DNA from: an uncultured Gammaproteobacteria bacterium | Lineage (GTDB): Bacteria > Patescibacteriota > Patescibacteriia > Magasanikbacterales > GWA2-37-8 | Direction of reading: 5' to 3' | Assembly (NCBI GenBank): GCA_964619625.1 | Contig: CAZUFD010000002.1 | Location: forward strand, 14,582-78,581 | DNA length: 64,000 nt | Shown here: positions 18,074 to 27,504 of the stretch, in pieces | How positions within the stretch are numbered: the first letter of the stretch is position 1 | How the letters are laid out: the number at the start of each line of letters is the position of its first letter | Notes under the pieces: model-generated | Databases searched by the model: none | What the model saw: the letters and a program-made list of their open reading frames with translations, nothing else | What the model was told of the DNA's origin: nothing | Made by a program: the position numbers and the translations under genes

Positions 18074-21000
18074 CTAAGGCGTGGTGGTAACTACTTCCGA
18101 AACAGAACTGGAAACAACCGATGTTGACGAAGGAGTTGCAGTTAAATTTTCAACAGTACCGGGGGTAGAAGACGGCGCGGGTTCAGCAGCCGACACGGTG
18201 GTGGTATTAGTAGAAACGACTTCGATGTTGCTATTATTGTCCGATGCGGACGGCGTTGGGTTGGGTTGTGCCGCCTGCACATTTGTTCTGTTTAAAATAT
18301 CTTGCAGCTGCTGCTCATTTACACAAGTATTGCCTACGCAAAGCTGCTGGGTAGTAACTTTGTCCGCAAACAATTCTTTTACCGTGGCAATACCGTTTTT
18401 GATTGCTAATCCTAATTTTCTTAAACTATTTTTTACTGCTAAAGTAAACTTATCCAACACAACTTGAGCAAAATTCGGCAAATCAACGCCTATCTGCTCT
18501 TCTGTTAAGCTGCCGGCCGACCAGTGCGGATTTACAAACATGGTCACTGTTCCGATGGCGGCATTTTCTTCCATAGATTGCAAAGCAATACCTATTACTC
18601 TGCCCGGTTCAGTTGCTTTTACGGCCAACCCCGGTTCGGCGGAAGAAGTTAGATAATCCCCTTCTTTAACTATTCCGTTCGCGTTTGAAACTTTAACCGG
18701 CACGCGTCCGCCTAAAGCTACCGGCCTAAATGAAGTAGGATACAAACCTTTTATTCTTACATTACTAACATCGTATCCTCCCAAAATAAAACCGGGATTT
18801 TCGGAAATTACGCCTAGAATATTATCGGCATAAGCAACGGAGCATTTTTTGATAAATGGAGTAGAAGATGCATCTTCTCCGGAACAAACCACTTCGCCGT
18901 AGGTTGGACAATTTCCATTGGCTTCACACTCCGGATCCAACGGATAAGTTTCGGCAATATCCAAAGTGGTCGTGCCGGCAATATATCCGGATGCTTTTAT
19001 AAAACCATTTACACCCAAACCGGCGGTGGTGCTGGCCCCCGCGTCTATATATAATTTATAAGTAGAAGTAGTGCTGGTGTTTATGGAAATTGTTTGGTTT
19101 GCAATACCGCCCGAACCATTGCTTTCGGCATATATCATTAACATCGGATTGTCATTGATGGCGGCAGTGTAGCTATTTGGCGTACCCACCACCGTAGACG
19201 AAACTGTCATATCTACCCAAGTTACCATACCGGCATTATCATCAAAATTTAATGGGCCGGTTTCTAAACTATTTACATATGTAACTGAACTGGAAGCTTC
19301 ATAATACACGCCGTCATTGGCAAAAAAGGCATTGCCCGCATCGTCAATTTTAAATGTAGAGGTGCCGGAAGCGCTGTGCACATTTACCGAAACTGTGGAA
19401 GACGTGTTGCCCGCGCCCCAAATATCTAATTTTGCCAGCGGACTGGTGGTATTTATACCAATAGTGCTATTAAAGTAAGTGCTGCTGCTCGTACCACCGA
19501 CAATTGTCAAATACCCAGCGCTGTCGTTAGCTATGGTACCGCGGAAATTAGCTTTATTTTGAACATAAAACGAATTGCCGCTCCCATTAGCATACAGATA
19601 ACCACCATTAACTGTAATGCCGCCGGAGTCTGAAGCAAAATAAACACTTGGGTTGCCGGTATAAACTCTGGTGCCGCTTATATAACCCTGTACGCCTAAT
19701 GTGTATTGTGGAGAAGAAGAACTTATACCAACATTGCCATTTGTTAATATGTTAAGCAAAGATTCTCCGGTGGAAGAATTTATACTAAAAGGATTGATTC
19801 CGTCTGTGCCTTGCACCGACAGCATGGCTATTGGCGAAGAAGTATTTATACCCACTCTGCCATTTGTAAGAATCGTAAACATAGAAGAAGCGGCGGCCGT
19901 ATTGGTGACGACTGAAAAAGGATTGGCTGTTCCGTCTCCCTGAACTGTCAATCTTGCAATTGCGGTGCTAGTACCGGCGGCCATATTACTACGAGCAAAA
20001 ATATGCCGCGGGCTTCTTGTGCCTCCGCCGATGTCATAGGTGTTGTCGCTGCTAAAACCTAAATCTGTGCTTAAAAGTACCGTGCTGGCAAAAGCACCAA
20101 TAATTACTTGATTTGATGTGTTCAGGCTAAGCAGACCAATATCAGCCGCATTATCCGCTCTTCTGCCATAAATACCGGTATTATTTTCCAGACGAATAGC
20201 GCCGGTGGTGGCTGGAATATTTCCAAAACTTAAAGCGCCCGTGCCGCCAATAGTTAGTGCGGTAGTTGGAGTACTAGAACCAATGCCAATATTTCCATCT
20301 TTATTTATTCTAAACAAGCTGGCGCCGGTAGATGAAGCGATTTCCACAATATTTACGGTAGATGTCCCTTGTAAGGATAGACTCGCCACTGGCGAAGAAG
20401 AGTTTATACCAATTTGCCCCGAAGGGGTAATTCTTAATTTTTCTGTGTTAACTCCCGCGTCATAGGTATTAAACACAAGAGCGCCGGAAGTATTTCCGCC
20501 AGATCTGATGCCGCCAATTTCGGCTATGGCCGTTTCCGAAATTGAAGGACTGTCTATAGCAAACTGCATAACCATTCCAAAACCATCCGCGAGACTGGAA
20601 TTAGACGAATTTTGCGCCAAACGCAGACCTGTCGGTGCCACGTTAGTAAAGGTGGAAGTGCGAACTGACCTTATAATTTCCGACGTATTTCCTTGTACAT
20701 ACAGAGGTGTAGTAACTGTGGAATCATTATAAGGAACTCCGATACCGACTTTTGCCGGAATTACAAGATCACCATCATCACGAGCCATTAAAATAATGCC
20801 AAGGTTTTTTGTACCCGCCGCAGCTGAAGCAGATGTCCATAAAGAAATACCTTCGTTGCCAACTTCCAATAAACCGCCGGTATCGGCCGCTTCTAATTCC
20901 CAATCACCGCTGTTATAGACAAGATTGCGAGTCAGATGTAAAACGCCATCATTACGTAGAACTCCGTTGTTAATTCCTCCACGAGAATTGGCGATTAAGC

Positions 21001-23083
21001 CTGCTTGGTTGCCAATTCTAAGAGTACCAGTTTGTCCAGACGCGCCGTACCGATTAAGATGCAGCTGAGTATTAGAGTCGCTTGCTAGATTAAGAAGCGC
21101 TCCCGGACTTGAAGTGCCGATACCAACCCTGCCATTGGCCATAACTTTTAGGATGCTAGAAGAGGCGGCGGAATCAATGCTAAATATAGAAGATGTGGAA
21201 CCGGTAGAAGATGCAAAAATAGACAAAGCTCCTTGCGACATTATCCCCCCTGCTCCGGCCATAAGCGAAGTCCCGGCCATAATATTGCCTTGAGCTAAAA
21301 TATCATTTCTAGACTGAAGATTACCGACTTCAGCAGAGTGAGCAATAAGGCTGCTTACTTCGGTACCGGAGATGTCTAAGATAGATATTGTATTTGAACC
21401 ATAATTGGCTACATAAATATACCGGCCGGAGACAAAAATAGAATAAGGATTTGTGCCGACAGGCACCGTGGCAATATGGCTAGGAGCCGATGAGCTGGAT
21501 ACATCTACGATAGAAATATTGGCCGAACCCCAATTTGATACATAGGCATAGCGGCCGGAGACATAGATAGCTGTGGGGCTAGTACCAACAGGAACGGTAG
21601 CGATCTGAACGGGAACAGCGGGATTGGAAACATCAACAACAGATACCGTCGCTCCAGAAAAATTCGCCACATAGGCATAGCGGCCGGAAACATATACGCC
21701 TCGCGGATTAGATCCTACCGACACAGTGGCAATTTCAACGGGAGTTGCGGGATTGGAAACATCCACAACCGACATGGTATTTCCAAGATAATTTGCCACA
21801 TAGGCATAGCGGCCGGAAACATAGACTGAACGAGGGCTGTTGCCCACGGAAGTCGTAGCTATTTGAACGGGAGTATATGGATTGGAAACATCAACAACAG
21901 AGATGGTGTTAGAGGTGTGATTTACCACATAAGCATAATGGCCGGAAACATAAATTGTGGTAGGTTGCGCTTCTACAGCCACGCTAGAAAGTTTTCTAGG
22001 GGAAGAAGGATTGGAGATATCAACAACTGAAACCGTGTTGGAAGTATAGTTAGCAACATAGAGATAACGGCCGGAAACAAAAGTGGAAATAGGGTTAGTA
22101 TCTACAGAAGTGGTGGCAATCTGAACGGGAACAGATGGATTGGAAACATCCACAATGGAAATAGTATTAGAATCATAATTAGCTACATAGAGATACTTAC
22201 CGGAAACAAAGAGCCCTCGCGGCACCGAACCCACGGTCACAGTAGAAATTTGAGAGATGGAAGAGGTGTTGCTACGATCTAAAATATTAGAAACATTTCC
22301 TACGACTGATAATTTTTGCGTGGGGGTAGTTGTGCCAATACCAACTAAACTGGTTGGGGTGATAAACAAAGTGGAAGTACCCGTTAAAGCAGTGCCATTA
22401 GAGGCATAATAAGGAAATTGTCCAGCGGTGCCGCTGTTAACTGTGCCGGAACCAAAGGTGGTACTATTTATCCAAACCGGCCTGCCCGCGCCGGCTGACA
22501 TAAGGAAATAACCAAGGGTTCCAACTTCGGTAGCGTTGTATCTAGTGCCATCGGAATAAATTATTGAACCATTGGCGGCAATGGTGGATGAATTTGTACC
22601 GCCATACGCAACACCAACAACGCTTCCGTTCCAAGTGCCGGAAGCTATGGTATTAAAATAGGCGTTACTTAAAAAGTATATTTTATTAGCAAAGGTAGTC
22701 GTAGCACCACTTGTGGAACTAACTGTAAGCGCCCCGTCCGTACCTACGTTTAAAGCCGTATAGTTGGTTGAGTCATAAGCAAAACGCAAAGAAGATGTGC
22801 CCATGGTAATGGCAGTATTCCCGGTAAGCGTGGTGGTAAGCGGCGGATAAACGGTACAATTTGTATCCCCTGGCGAACAGCTTGGATCGGTAGTTTCTCC
22901 GGGCGCGTAAGGGGTGGTGGGCGGACTAGCGAAAGCGGGGTAAAAATAATAAAAAACCATTATTAGGCCAACAAAAATTGAGGATACGGTTATAACCCCA
23001 CTGACAAGTTTGCCTGGTTTTTTCACGCGAGAGTCTATGTAAACTTTCGCGGAAAATAAATTTTTTTCTTTCCGATATCTCAT
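18074..23083 (-). CDS. Giant surface protein (1669 aa) with a YVTN beta-propeller-repeat region and Gly/Ser/Thr-rich beta-helix-like repeats
   Basis: N-terminal TM anchor. About 8 tandem ~40-aa repeats of the form YVANY.SNT.SVVDVSNP..P..IATV.VG..P..V.VSGRYAY (YVTN-family beta-propeller repeat). A long G/S/T/N-rich repeat region. A C-terminal Cys-containing domain and a Ser/Thr-rich tail. Confidence 0.85.
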   Translation of the reverse strand: MRYRKEKNLFSAKVYIDSRVKKPGKLVSGVITVSSIFVGLIMVFYYFYPAFASPPTTPYAPGETTDPSCSPGDTNCTVYPPLTTTLTGNTAITMGTSSLRFAYDSTNYTALNVGTDGALTVSSTSGATTTFANKIYFLSNAYFNTIASGTWNGSVVGVAYGGTNSSTIAANGSIIYSDGTRYNATEVGTLGYFLMSAGAGRPVWINSTTFGSGTVNSGTAGQFPYYASNGTALTGTSTLFITPTSLVGIGTTTPTQKLSVVGNVSNILDRSNTSSISQISTVTVGSVPRGLFVSGKYLYVANYDSNTISIVDVSNPSVPVQIATTSVDTNPISTFVSGRYLYVANYTSNTVSVVDISNPSSPRKLSSVAVEAQPTTIYVSGHYAYVVNHTSNTISVVDVSNPYTPVQIATTSVGNSPRSVYVSGRYAYVANYLGNTMSVVDVSNPATPVEIATVSVGSNPRGVYVSGRYAYVANFSGATVSVVDVSNPAVPVQIATVPVGTSPTAIYVSGRYAYVSNWGSANISIVDVSSSSAPSHIATVPVGTNPYSIFVSGRYIYVANYGSNTISILDISGTEVSSLIAHSAEVGNLQSRNDILAQGNIMAGTSLMAGAGGIMSQGALSIFASSTGSTSSIFSIDSAASSSILKVMANGRVGIGTSSPGALLNLASDSNTQLHLNRYGASGQTGTLRIGNQAGLIANSRGGINNGVLRNDGVLHLTRNLVYNSGDWELEAADTGGLLEVGNEGISLWTSASAAAGTKNLGIILMARDDGDLVIPAKVGIGVPYNDSTVTTPLYVQGNTSEIIRSVRTSTFTNVAPTGLRLAQNSSNSSLADGFGMVMQFAIDSPSISETAIAEIGGIRSGGNTSGALVFNTYDAGVNTEKLRITPSGQIGINSSSPVASLSLQGTSTVNIVEIASSTGASLFRINKDGNIGIGSSTPTTALTIGGTGALSFGNIPATTGAIRLENNTGIYGRRADNAADIGLLSLNTSNQVIIGAFASTVLLSTDLGFSSDNTYDIGGGTRSPRHIFARSNMAAGTSTAIARLTVQGDGTANPFSVVTNTAAASSMFTILTNGRVGINTSSPIAMLSVQGTDGINPFSINSSTGESLLNILTNGNVGISSSSPQYTLGVQGYISGTRVYTGNPSVYFASDSGGITVNGGYLYANGSGNSFYVQNKANFRGTIANDSAGYLTIVGGTSSSTYFNSTIGINTTSPLAKLDIWGAGNTSSTVSVNVHSASGTSTFKIDDAGNAFFANDGVYYEASSSVTYVNSLETGPLNFDDNAGMVTWVDMTVSSTVVGTPNSYTAAINDNPMLMIYAESNGSGGIANQTISINTSTTSTYKLYIDAGASTTAGLGVNGFIKASGYIAGTTTLDIAETYPLDPECEANGNCPTYGEVVCSGEDASSTPFIKKCSVAYADNILGVISENPGFILGGYDVSNVRIKGLYPTSFRPVALGGRVPVKVSNANGIVKEGDYLTSSAEPGLAVKATEPGRVIGIALQSMEENAAIGTVTMFVNPHWSAGSLTEEQIGVDLPNFAQVVLDKFTLAVKNSLRKLGLAIKNGIATVKELFADKVTTQQLCVGNTCVNEQQLQDILNRTNVQAAQPNPTPSASDNNSNIEVVSTNTTTVSAAEPAPSSTPGTVENLTATPSSTSVVSSSVSEVVTTTP

Positions 23084-23126
23084 AGGCCGTCTCCTGTTTA
23101 ATTATACCACATTTTCAGACTTCGCC

Positions 23127-23504
23127 TTACTGCATTATGTAAATTTTATCTACCAGCATTCCCAATAATTCTTTTACATTAACTTGCGCCTCCGTTTCAT
23201 TGCCGCTATTTACGAATTTTTGCCACTGCGCCAAAATTTCCGGATCATTATATTCTTCGTTTAGCCCCCGTACCGCATTTTCCAATTTTAACCGAGTTTC
23301 AAAATCAACTTCTTTATCCGATTTTATAACTAATTTAATAAACATTTTCAGAAAATCCATATATTTAGAACGGTACTGCTGCGAAGACAAAATTACCTTC
23401 GTGCCTTCCAATTCTTTCTTTGCTTGCAAATACAAACTGGCAAATAAAACATTTGTCCCAAACAGTACCAAGAAAATTACAACCCAAAACGCTTTTGATT
23501 TCAT
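23127..23504 (-). CDS. Hypothetical membrane-anchored protein
   Basis: 125 aa with an N-terminal TM helix. Confidence 0.5.
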   Translation of the reverse strand: MKSKAFWVVIFLVLFGTNVLFASLYLQAKKELEGTKVILSSQQYRSKYMDFLKMFIKLVIKSDKEVDFETRLKLENAVRGLNEEYNDPEILAQWQKFVNSGNETEAQVNVKELLGMLVDKIYIMQ

Positions 23505-23600
23505 AATCGCAATGAATGAGTAATAAAATTAAATGCATTTAATTTTATTACGAGTGAATAAGATTATACGGGCTTTAGCCCTTATATAAATTATGAATAT

Positions 23601-25580
23601 TTATTGATTTATCTGATTAGTTAAATTATTATTTTGTTTTTTGTTTCTTCGGTGATCCCTGTAAAAATTAAATAGGAGCAGCATTATTACTACAAATAAT
23701 AACGTGGTTTTCCAATCCAAAATTTTGAGCCACCACAACTCTGATTTCAATTCTATGTTCATATGCACTCCCCCTCCATTATCTACTGAAAACGGTTCGG
23801 TTACAAACTCTTTATACCCCTTGGCTTCTACTTTTATATAGTAAGTTCCACCCGGCACCAAGAAAGAATAGTTGCCGCTTACGCCGGTAATTTGAGGATT
23901 TTCTTGCTGAAATTCTTTGGCCGGCCACTCTGCGTATGAATTATTACTGGTATTTAAGTTATAAATAGTTACTTTGGCATTTGGAATTCTCAACTCTTTA
24001 TCGCCGATTTTTTCATATATATATCCTTCCGGATCTATAACCGTAATCAGGCGAATTTGCTTTGTGCCAAGTTCCGGATCTTCATAGTCAATCACGGTAA
24101 TAATTTCATATTCTCCGGCTGGAATCGGCGATACAATATCGGCTGTATATAGCCCGTCGCCATCCGGGTCTGTGTATTCAAACTCCAATAAAACCAACTT
24201 TTCTTCTACCGATACCGGCTGTGTTTGTTCGTAAGCAAAAGCCGGCTCGGCAAATAAAATTGAATGTATCAAACTAGACAGCGGCATTTCGGTCCTGGCT
24301 TGCGGTTTTTGCGACCTAAAAACCAAATACCCTTTTATACTCTTTACCGGATAATCCGGCCGCATCACGAGCTGCAGCTGCTTGCCGGAAACTGTGGAAA
24401 TTTTTTGCTCCGGACGCCCTTTATTTGTTAAAGATAAAGCAATTTTAAAGTCTACCAACTGCCCGGCAGTACGGGCAAAAATTATATTTGACGGCAATTT
24501 ATCCTTTATACTTTCGGATAAATCCGTTACCGGAATTGCTTTTTCAGCGCCAAATTCACTGGTTTTTATTTCCGGATTATTAAAACCGGCCGTACGAGTT
24601 AAGCCCGGCAAATATAGTTGCGCGGTTTTTACTTTTTCCAAATCGCTCAAGCGTTTTACACCCACTTTTTGCAAAATGCCGCGTACTTGGGGAAATTTAT
24701 TTTCTAAAGCCAAAAATTCTTTTGGCAGCGGCGCGAACACGAACCTGTCTACCGGAGGCTTTAAATAAGCAAAGGTATTCCTAAAAACCAAGGGAGTTTC
24801 TCTGGCTACAAATTTTTCAATCGGAATCTTATTATCTACAGCTGGCGGCCTAAACCACTTTGGCAGCCAAAGCTTTGCTTCGGAATATAATTTGGCGAGC
24901 GGCGGGGCCAATTTTTCAATTGGGAATATTTTGGCAATAACTGGTTTAATCGCTTCTTTAACTTTTTCAATTATCTTGCCGACTGTGGGCGCAGTTGGTT
25001 TAGGGGCTACTAGCGTGGTGGTAGCCGGAACAGTGGTGGTAGAAATTGGCAAGGTGGTGGTGACGGTAGTGGTTACAACAGCGGCTCCAGAACCACCAGA
25101 GGCTGTGACGGGAAACGCAGTGCCGTTACTTTGCTGCCCACTGCTCCTGGCGCTTGCCGGGCGCCAGTCGGTTTGCACCAAACAATTCGCGCAGCTAAAA
25201 TTTATGGCGCCCGTATTATCGCCCGTGGCAGTACCGGAAAACACGCCGTTTGAATTTATAGTTACGCCGGAAAAATTTATCCAGCCAATGTTTGCTCCCC
25301 AAGCGCTTCCGGACAAAACACCTTCTCCGTTATTGGTAACACCGCTCGTTGTTGGGTTTAATTTTATCCATCCATATAGGTCGCTCCAGGCATGGCCCGT
25401 GAGTCCGGCATCCGTAACATGTACATTGCCGTTTGTAGCGGCAAACTTTATCCAGCCAATGTTTGCGCTCCAAGCATTGCCGGTACTAATTGTACCATCT
25501 GTCGTAGACGCAAAAACAGGCTTTGCTAAAAAAAGCGCTGTTAAAAATAATAACAACTTCCACTTTTGCCCTGAAACCAT
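23601..25580 (-). CDS. Surface protein with N-terminal AWSxNIGWIxF repeats, a CarboxypepD_reg/prealbumin-like domain and a C-terminal TM anchor
   Basis: Signal peptide. Three ~35-aa repeats (NAWSANIGWIKF / HAWSDLYGWIKL / SAWGANIGWINF), a Thr-rich linker, a beta-sandwich-like segment (YSFLVPGGTYYIKVEAKGYKEFVTEPFSV), and a C-terminal hydrophobic helix. Confidence 0.7.
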   Translation of the reverse strand: MVSGQKWKLLLFLTALFLAKPVFASTTDGTISTGNAWSANIGWIKFAATNGNVHVTDAGLTGHAWSDLYGWIKLNPTTSGVTNNGEGVLSGSAWGANIGWINFSGVTINSNGVFSGTATGDNTGAINFSCANCLVQTDWRPASARSSGQQSNGTAFPVTASGGSGAAVVTTTVTTTLPISTTTVPATTTLVAPKPTAPTVGKIIEKVKEAIKPVIAKIFPIEKLAPPLAKLYSEAKLWLPKWFRPPAVDNKIPIEKFVARETPLVFRNTFAYLKPPVDRFVFAPLPKEFLALENKFPQVRGILQKVGVKRLSDLEKVKTAQLYLPGLTRTAGFNNPEIKTSEFGAEKAIPVTDLSESIKDKLPSNIIFARTAGQLVDFKIALSLTNKGRPEQKISTVSGKQLQLVMRPDYPVKSIKGYLVFRSQKPQARTEMPLSSLIHSILFAEPAFAYEQTQPVSVEEKLVLLEFEYTDPDGDGLYTADIVSPIPAGEYEIITVIDYEDPELGTKQIRLITVIDPEGYIYEKIGDKELRIPNAKVTIYNLNTSNNSYAEWPAKEFQQENPQITGVSGNYSFLVPGGTYYIKVEAKGYKEFVTEPFSVDNGGGVHMNIELKSELWWLKILDWKTTLLFVVIMLLLFNFYRDHRRNKKQNNNLTNQINQ

Positions 25581-25725
25581 ACTGGGTCAGAATAATCCCA
25601 AGATACAACTTAACCTACTTAAATTGTAGCACAATTTCTAAGGATGAGCTAAATATGAAAACTTGTTTTCATATTTACGAGGCCTGACGAAATTGCAAAG
25701 CTCTGCTTCCATTTAAGATTGTTTT

Positions 25726-26301
25726 TTAACCACCGACTTGAGGCGCAGTTACCTTGGCGGCGCTAACAAAACAACTTCGACAAACCGGCTGGTAGGTAAA
25801 GGTACCATCGTCCGGTATAACCGGCGGCATACCACCGGTTAAAGGCACGCCTTTTTTAAAAACTTGCGAGTAAACTGCGACCGGCTGGCGACAAAGTTCG
25901 CAAACAGCGCGTTTATATTTAACTTCTTTCGGGCCAAGTTCTAGCAAACCTTTTACAATATCAAACATGTTGCCTTTGTAATCTATATCCAAGCCAGCCG
26001 CTACCACTTTTACGCCCCTGTTTAACAACTCCGCTACTACGGCCACATCTTTTGGATCAAACATGTGCAGCTCGTCTATCCCAATAACTGATAAATTTTT
26101 ATTTAAAGCATCAGAGAGGCTGTCAACTTTTTTTGCTTCAATAATCACACCGTTTCGTGAAGAAATATGCTCGTCTCGGACATTGCGCGATGATTGATAT
26201 AACACAAAGGGGATATCGGTATATTTAAGCGGCGCGAAATGACTAATTAAATCAAAAGATTTTCCACTCTTCATCGGTCCCAGAATTAATGTTAAGTCCA
26301 T
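25726..26301 (-). CDS. tdk: Thymidine kinase
   Basis: P-loop GPMKSGKS. The C-terminal zinc ribbon (C..C...C..C) is typical of type II thymidine kinase. Confidence 0.9.
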   Translation of the reverse strand: MDLTLILGPMKSGKSFDLISHFAPLKYTDIPFVLYQSSRNVRDEHISSRNGVIIEAKKVDSLSDALNKNLSVIGIDELHMFDPKDVAVVAELLNRGVKVVAAGLDIDYKGNMFDIVKGLLELGPKEVKYKRAVCELCRQPVAVYSQVFKKGVPLTGGMPPVIPDDGTFTYQPVCRSCFVSAAKVTAPQVGG

Positions 26302-26506
26302 ACTAATATATAAATTTGAATTTGTTTCGAATTTCGATATTGCAATTTATCATCAACATTATACCACGCTTAGATTATTTTCAAAATTAAAATTCGTTTA
26401 AAAAAATTAACGAGCCGGTTCCCGCGACTGCGAGAAACGACTCTTAATGTACCTACCCCAACCCTTAATCTTTTCTACTCTTTCAGCCCCTTCGTAGCAA
26501 CCGATC

Positions 26507-27433
26507 TTAGAAGTTAAGTTTTGCGGTTAGGTCTGCCCCCCAGACCCAATCCTCTTGGCCAAACTTCCCCCAGAGAACCCTTGTTGAGAGACTCCATCTT
26601 TCTCCCCCAACCCGCGCTTCCGGCGTAGCCCCAACAAGATGAATATTCTCTCGCAGCTTTTGCAGAATTCGCTCAGAGTCAATGAAGCTATGCTTCAAAG
26701 CCAGCTCTGCAACATCATCAGGAATGATATTGCCGCCAGGCCGCAGAATCCCCCATTCAAACCCCAAACCCAGATGAAGGTTCCGGTTCACTTCCAGCTC
26801 GCCCTTGACCCTGAACTTCCAGGAGTTCAAGTAAACACCCAGCCTGACATGATCATTGGCGAATCCGGAAAAGTCGGAAAAGCTATCTCGGGTAGCAAAT
26901 CCCAACCAATCCACTCGCCACGAGTCTACATCAAGCTCCTGCCTCACAACCTCTGCCCAAACACTCCCTTTGCCAAGGCGCCAATCGCCCAGGCAACGGT
27001 GAAACAGGCACCAATTGCTGAGGTTCAGGTTCCAGTTTCCGAGGTCCCTGCCCACTCCGATCAAGGTCTCAAACCCCTGGGCGGTTGCAGACAAATTCCC
27101 CATCCATCTGTAATCCCAGTGAGACAACTTGTAGTCTTCGGAGCGAAGACCTTCGGCGAACTTCACCTTCCAATTACCGTGCTGGTAACCGCACTCAAAC
27201 CCCCAAGCTCTGGCACGAAAGGCAAGTCTATTGTCACCCTTGGTATTGCTGTGCGAAAAGCCGGTCAGCAACTCCCAACGGGTATAGATCCCACACAACA
27301 CATCGTGGTGTGGCGCTGGCTCAACCAGCTCCGGCGGTGCGCGCTCCTGCTTTGGCTCATCGGCCATTGCCGAAGTCGTGTACCACGTAATACAAACTAC
27401 CAGTAGAAGCCCTGCAAGAATACGAATGTGCAT
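26507..27433 (-). CDS. GC-rich, Trp-rich secreted protein with an OMP beta-barrel-like signature
   Basis: Signal peptide MHIRILAGLLLVVCITWYTTSAMA. Amphipathic alternating strands throughout. Ends with ...DLTAKLNF, i.e. a C-terminal Phe as in outer-membrane beta-barrels. GC content is far above the genome background. The antisense ORF 26639..27406 is regarded as a shadow ORF. Confidence 0.5.
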   Translation of the reverse strand: MHIRILAGLLLVVCITWYTTSAMADEPKQERAPPELVEPAPHHDVLCGIYTRWELLTGFSHSNTKGDNRLAFRARAWGFECGYQHGNWKVKFAEGLRSEDYKLSHWDYRWMGNLSATAQGFETLIGVGRDLGNWNLNLSNWCLFHRCLGDWRLGKGSVWAEVVRQELDVDSWRVDWLGFATRDSFSDFSGFANDHVRLGVYLNSWKFRVKGELEVNRNLHLGLGFEWGILRPGGNIIPDDVAELALKHSFIDSERILQKLRENIHLVGATPEARVGGERWSLSTRVLWGKFGQEDWVWGADLTAKLNF

Positions 27434-27504
27434 GGACTTGTTCCCCCCTTATATTCTAAGGTAGACCTTATATTAATTTATGTCAAATATAAAAAGAAGA
27501 TAAA

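Noticed and set aside
18081-20732. Several 60-130-aa plus-strand ORFs inside the 5-kb surface-protein gene.
   Set aside because: Antisense frames within a long, compositionally biased repeat-rich gene, with no independent signals.
26639-27406. 255-aa plus-strand ORF, plus a nested 27085..27390 ORF, antisense to the Trp-rich secreted protein.
   Set aside because: Long open antisense frames are expected in high-GC coding DNA. The minus-strand frame carries the signal peptide and the C-terminal OMP-like signature.
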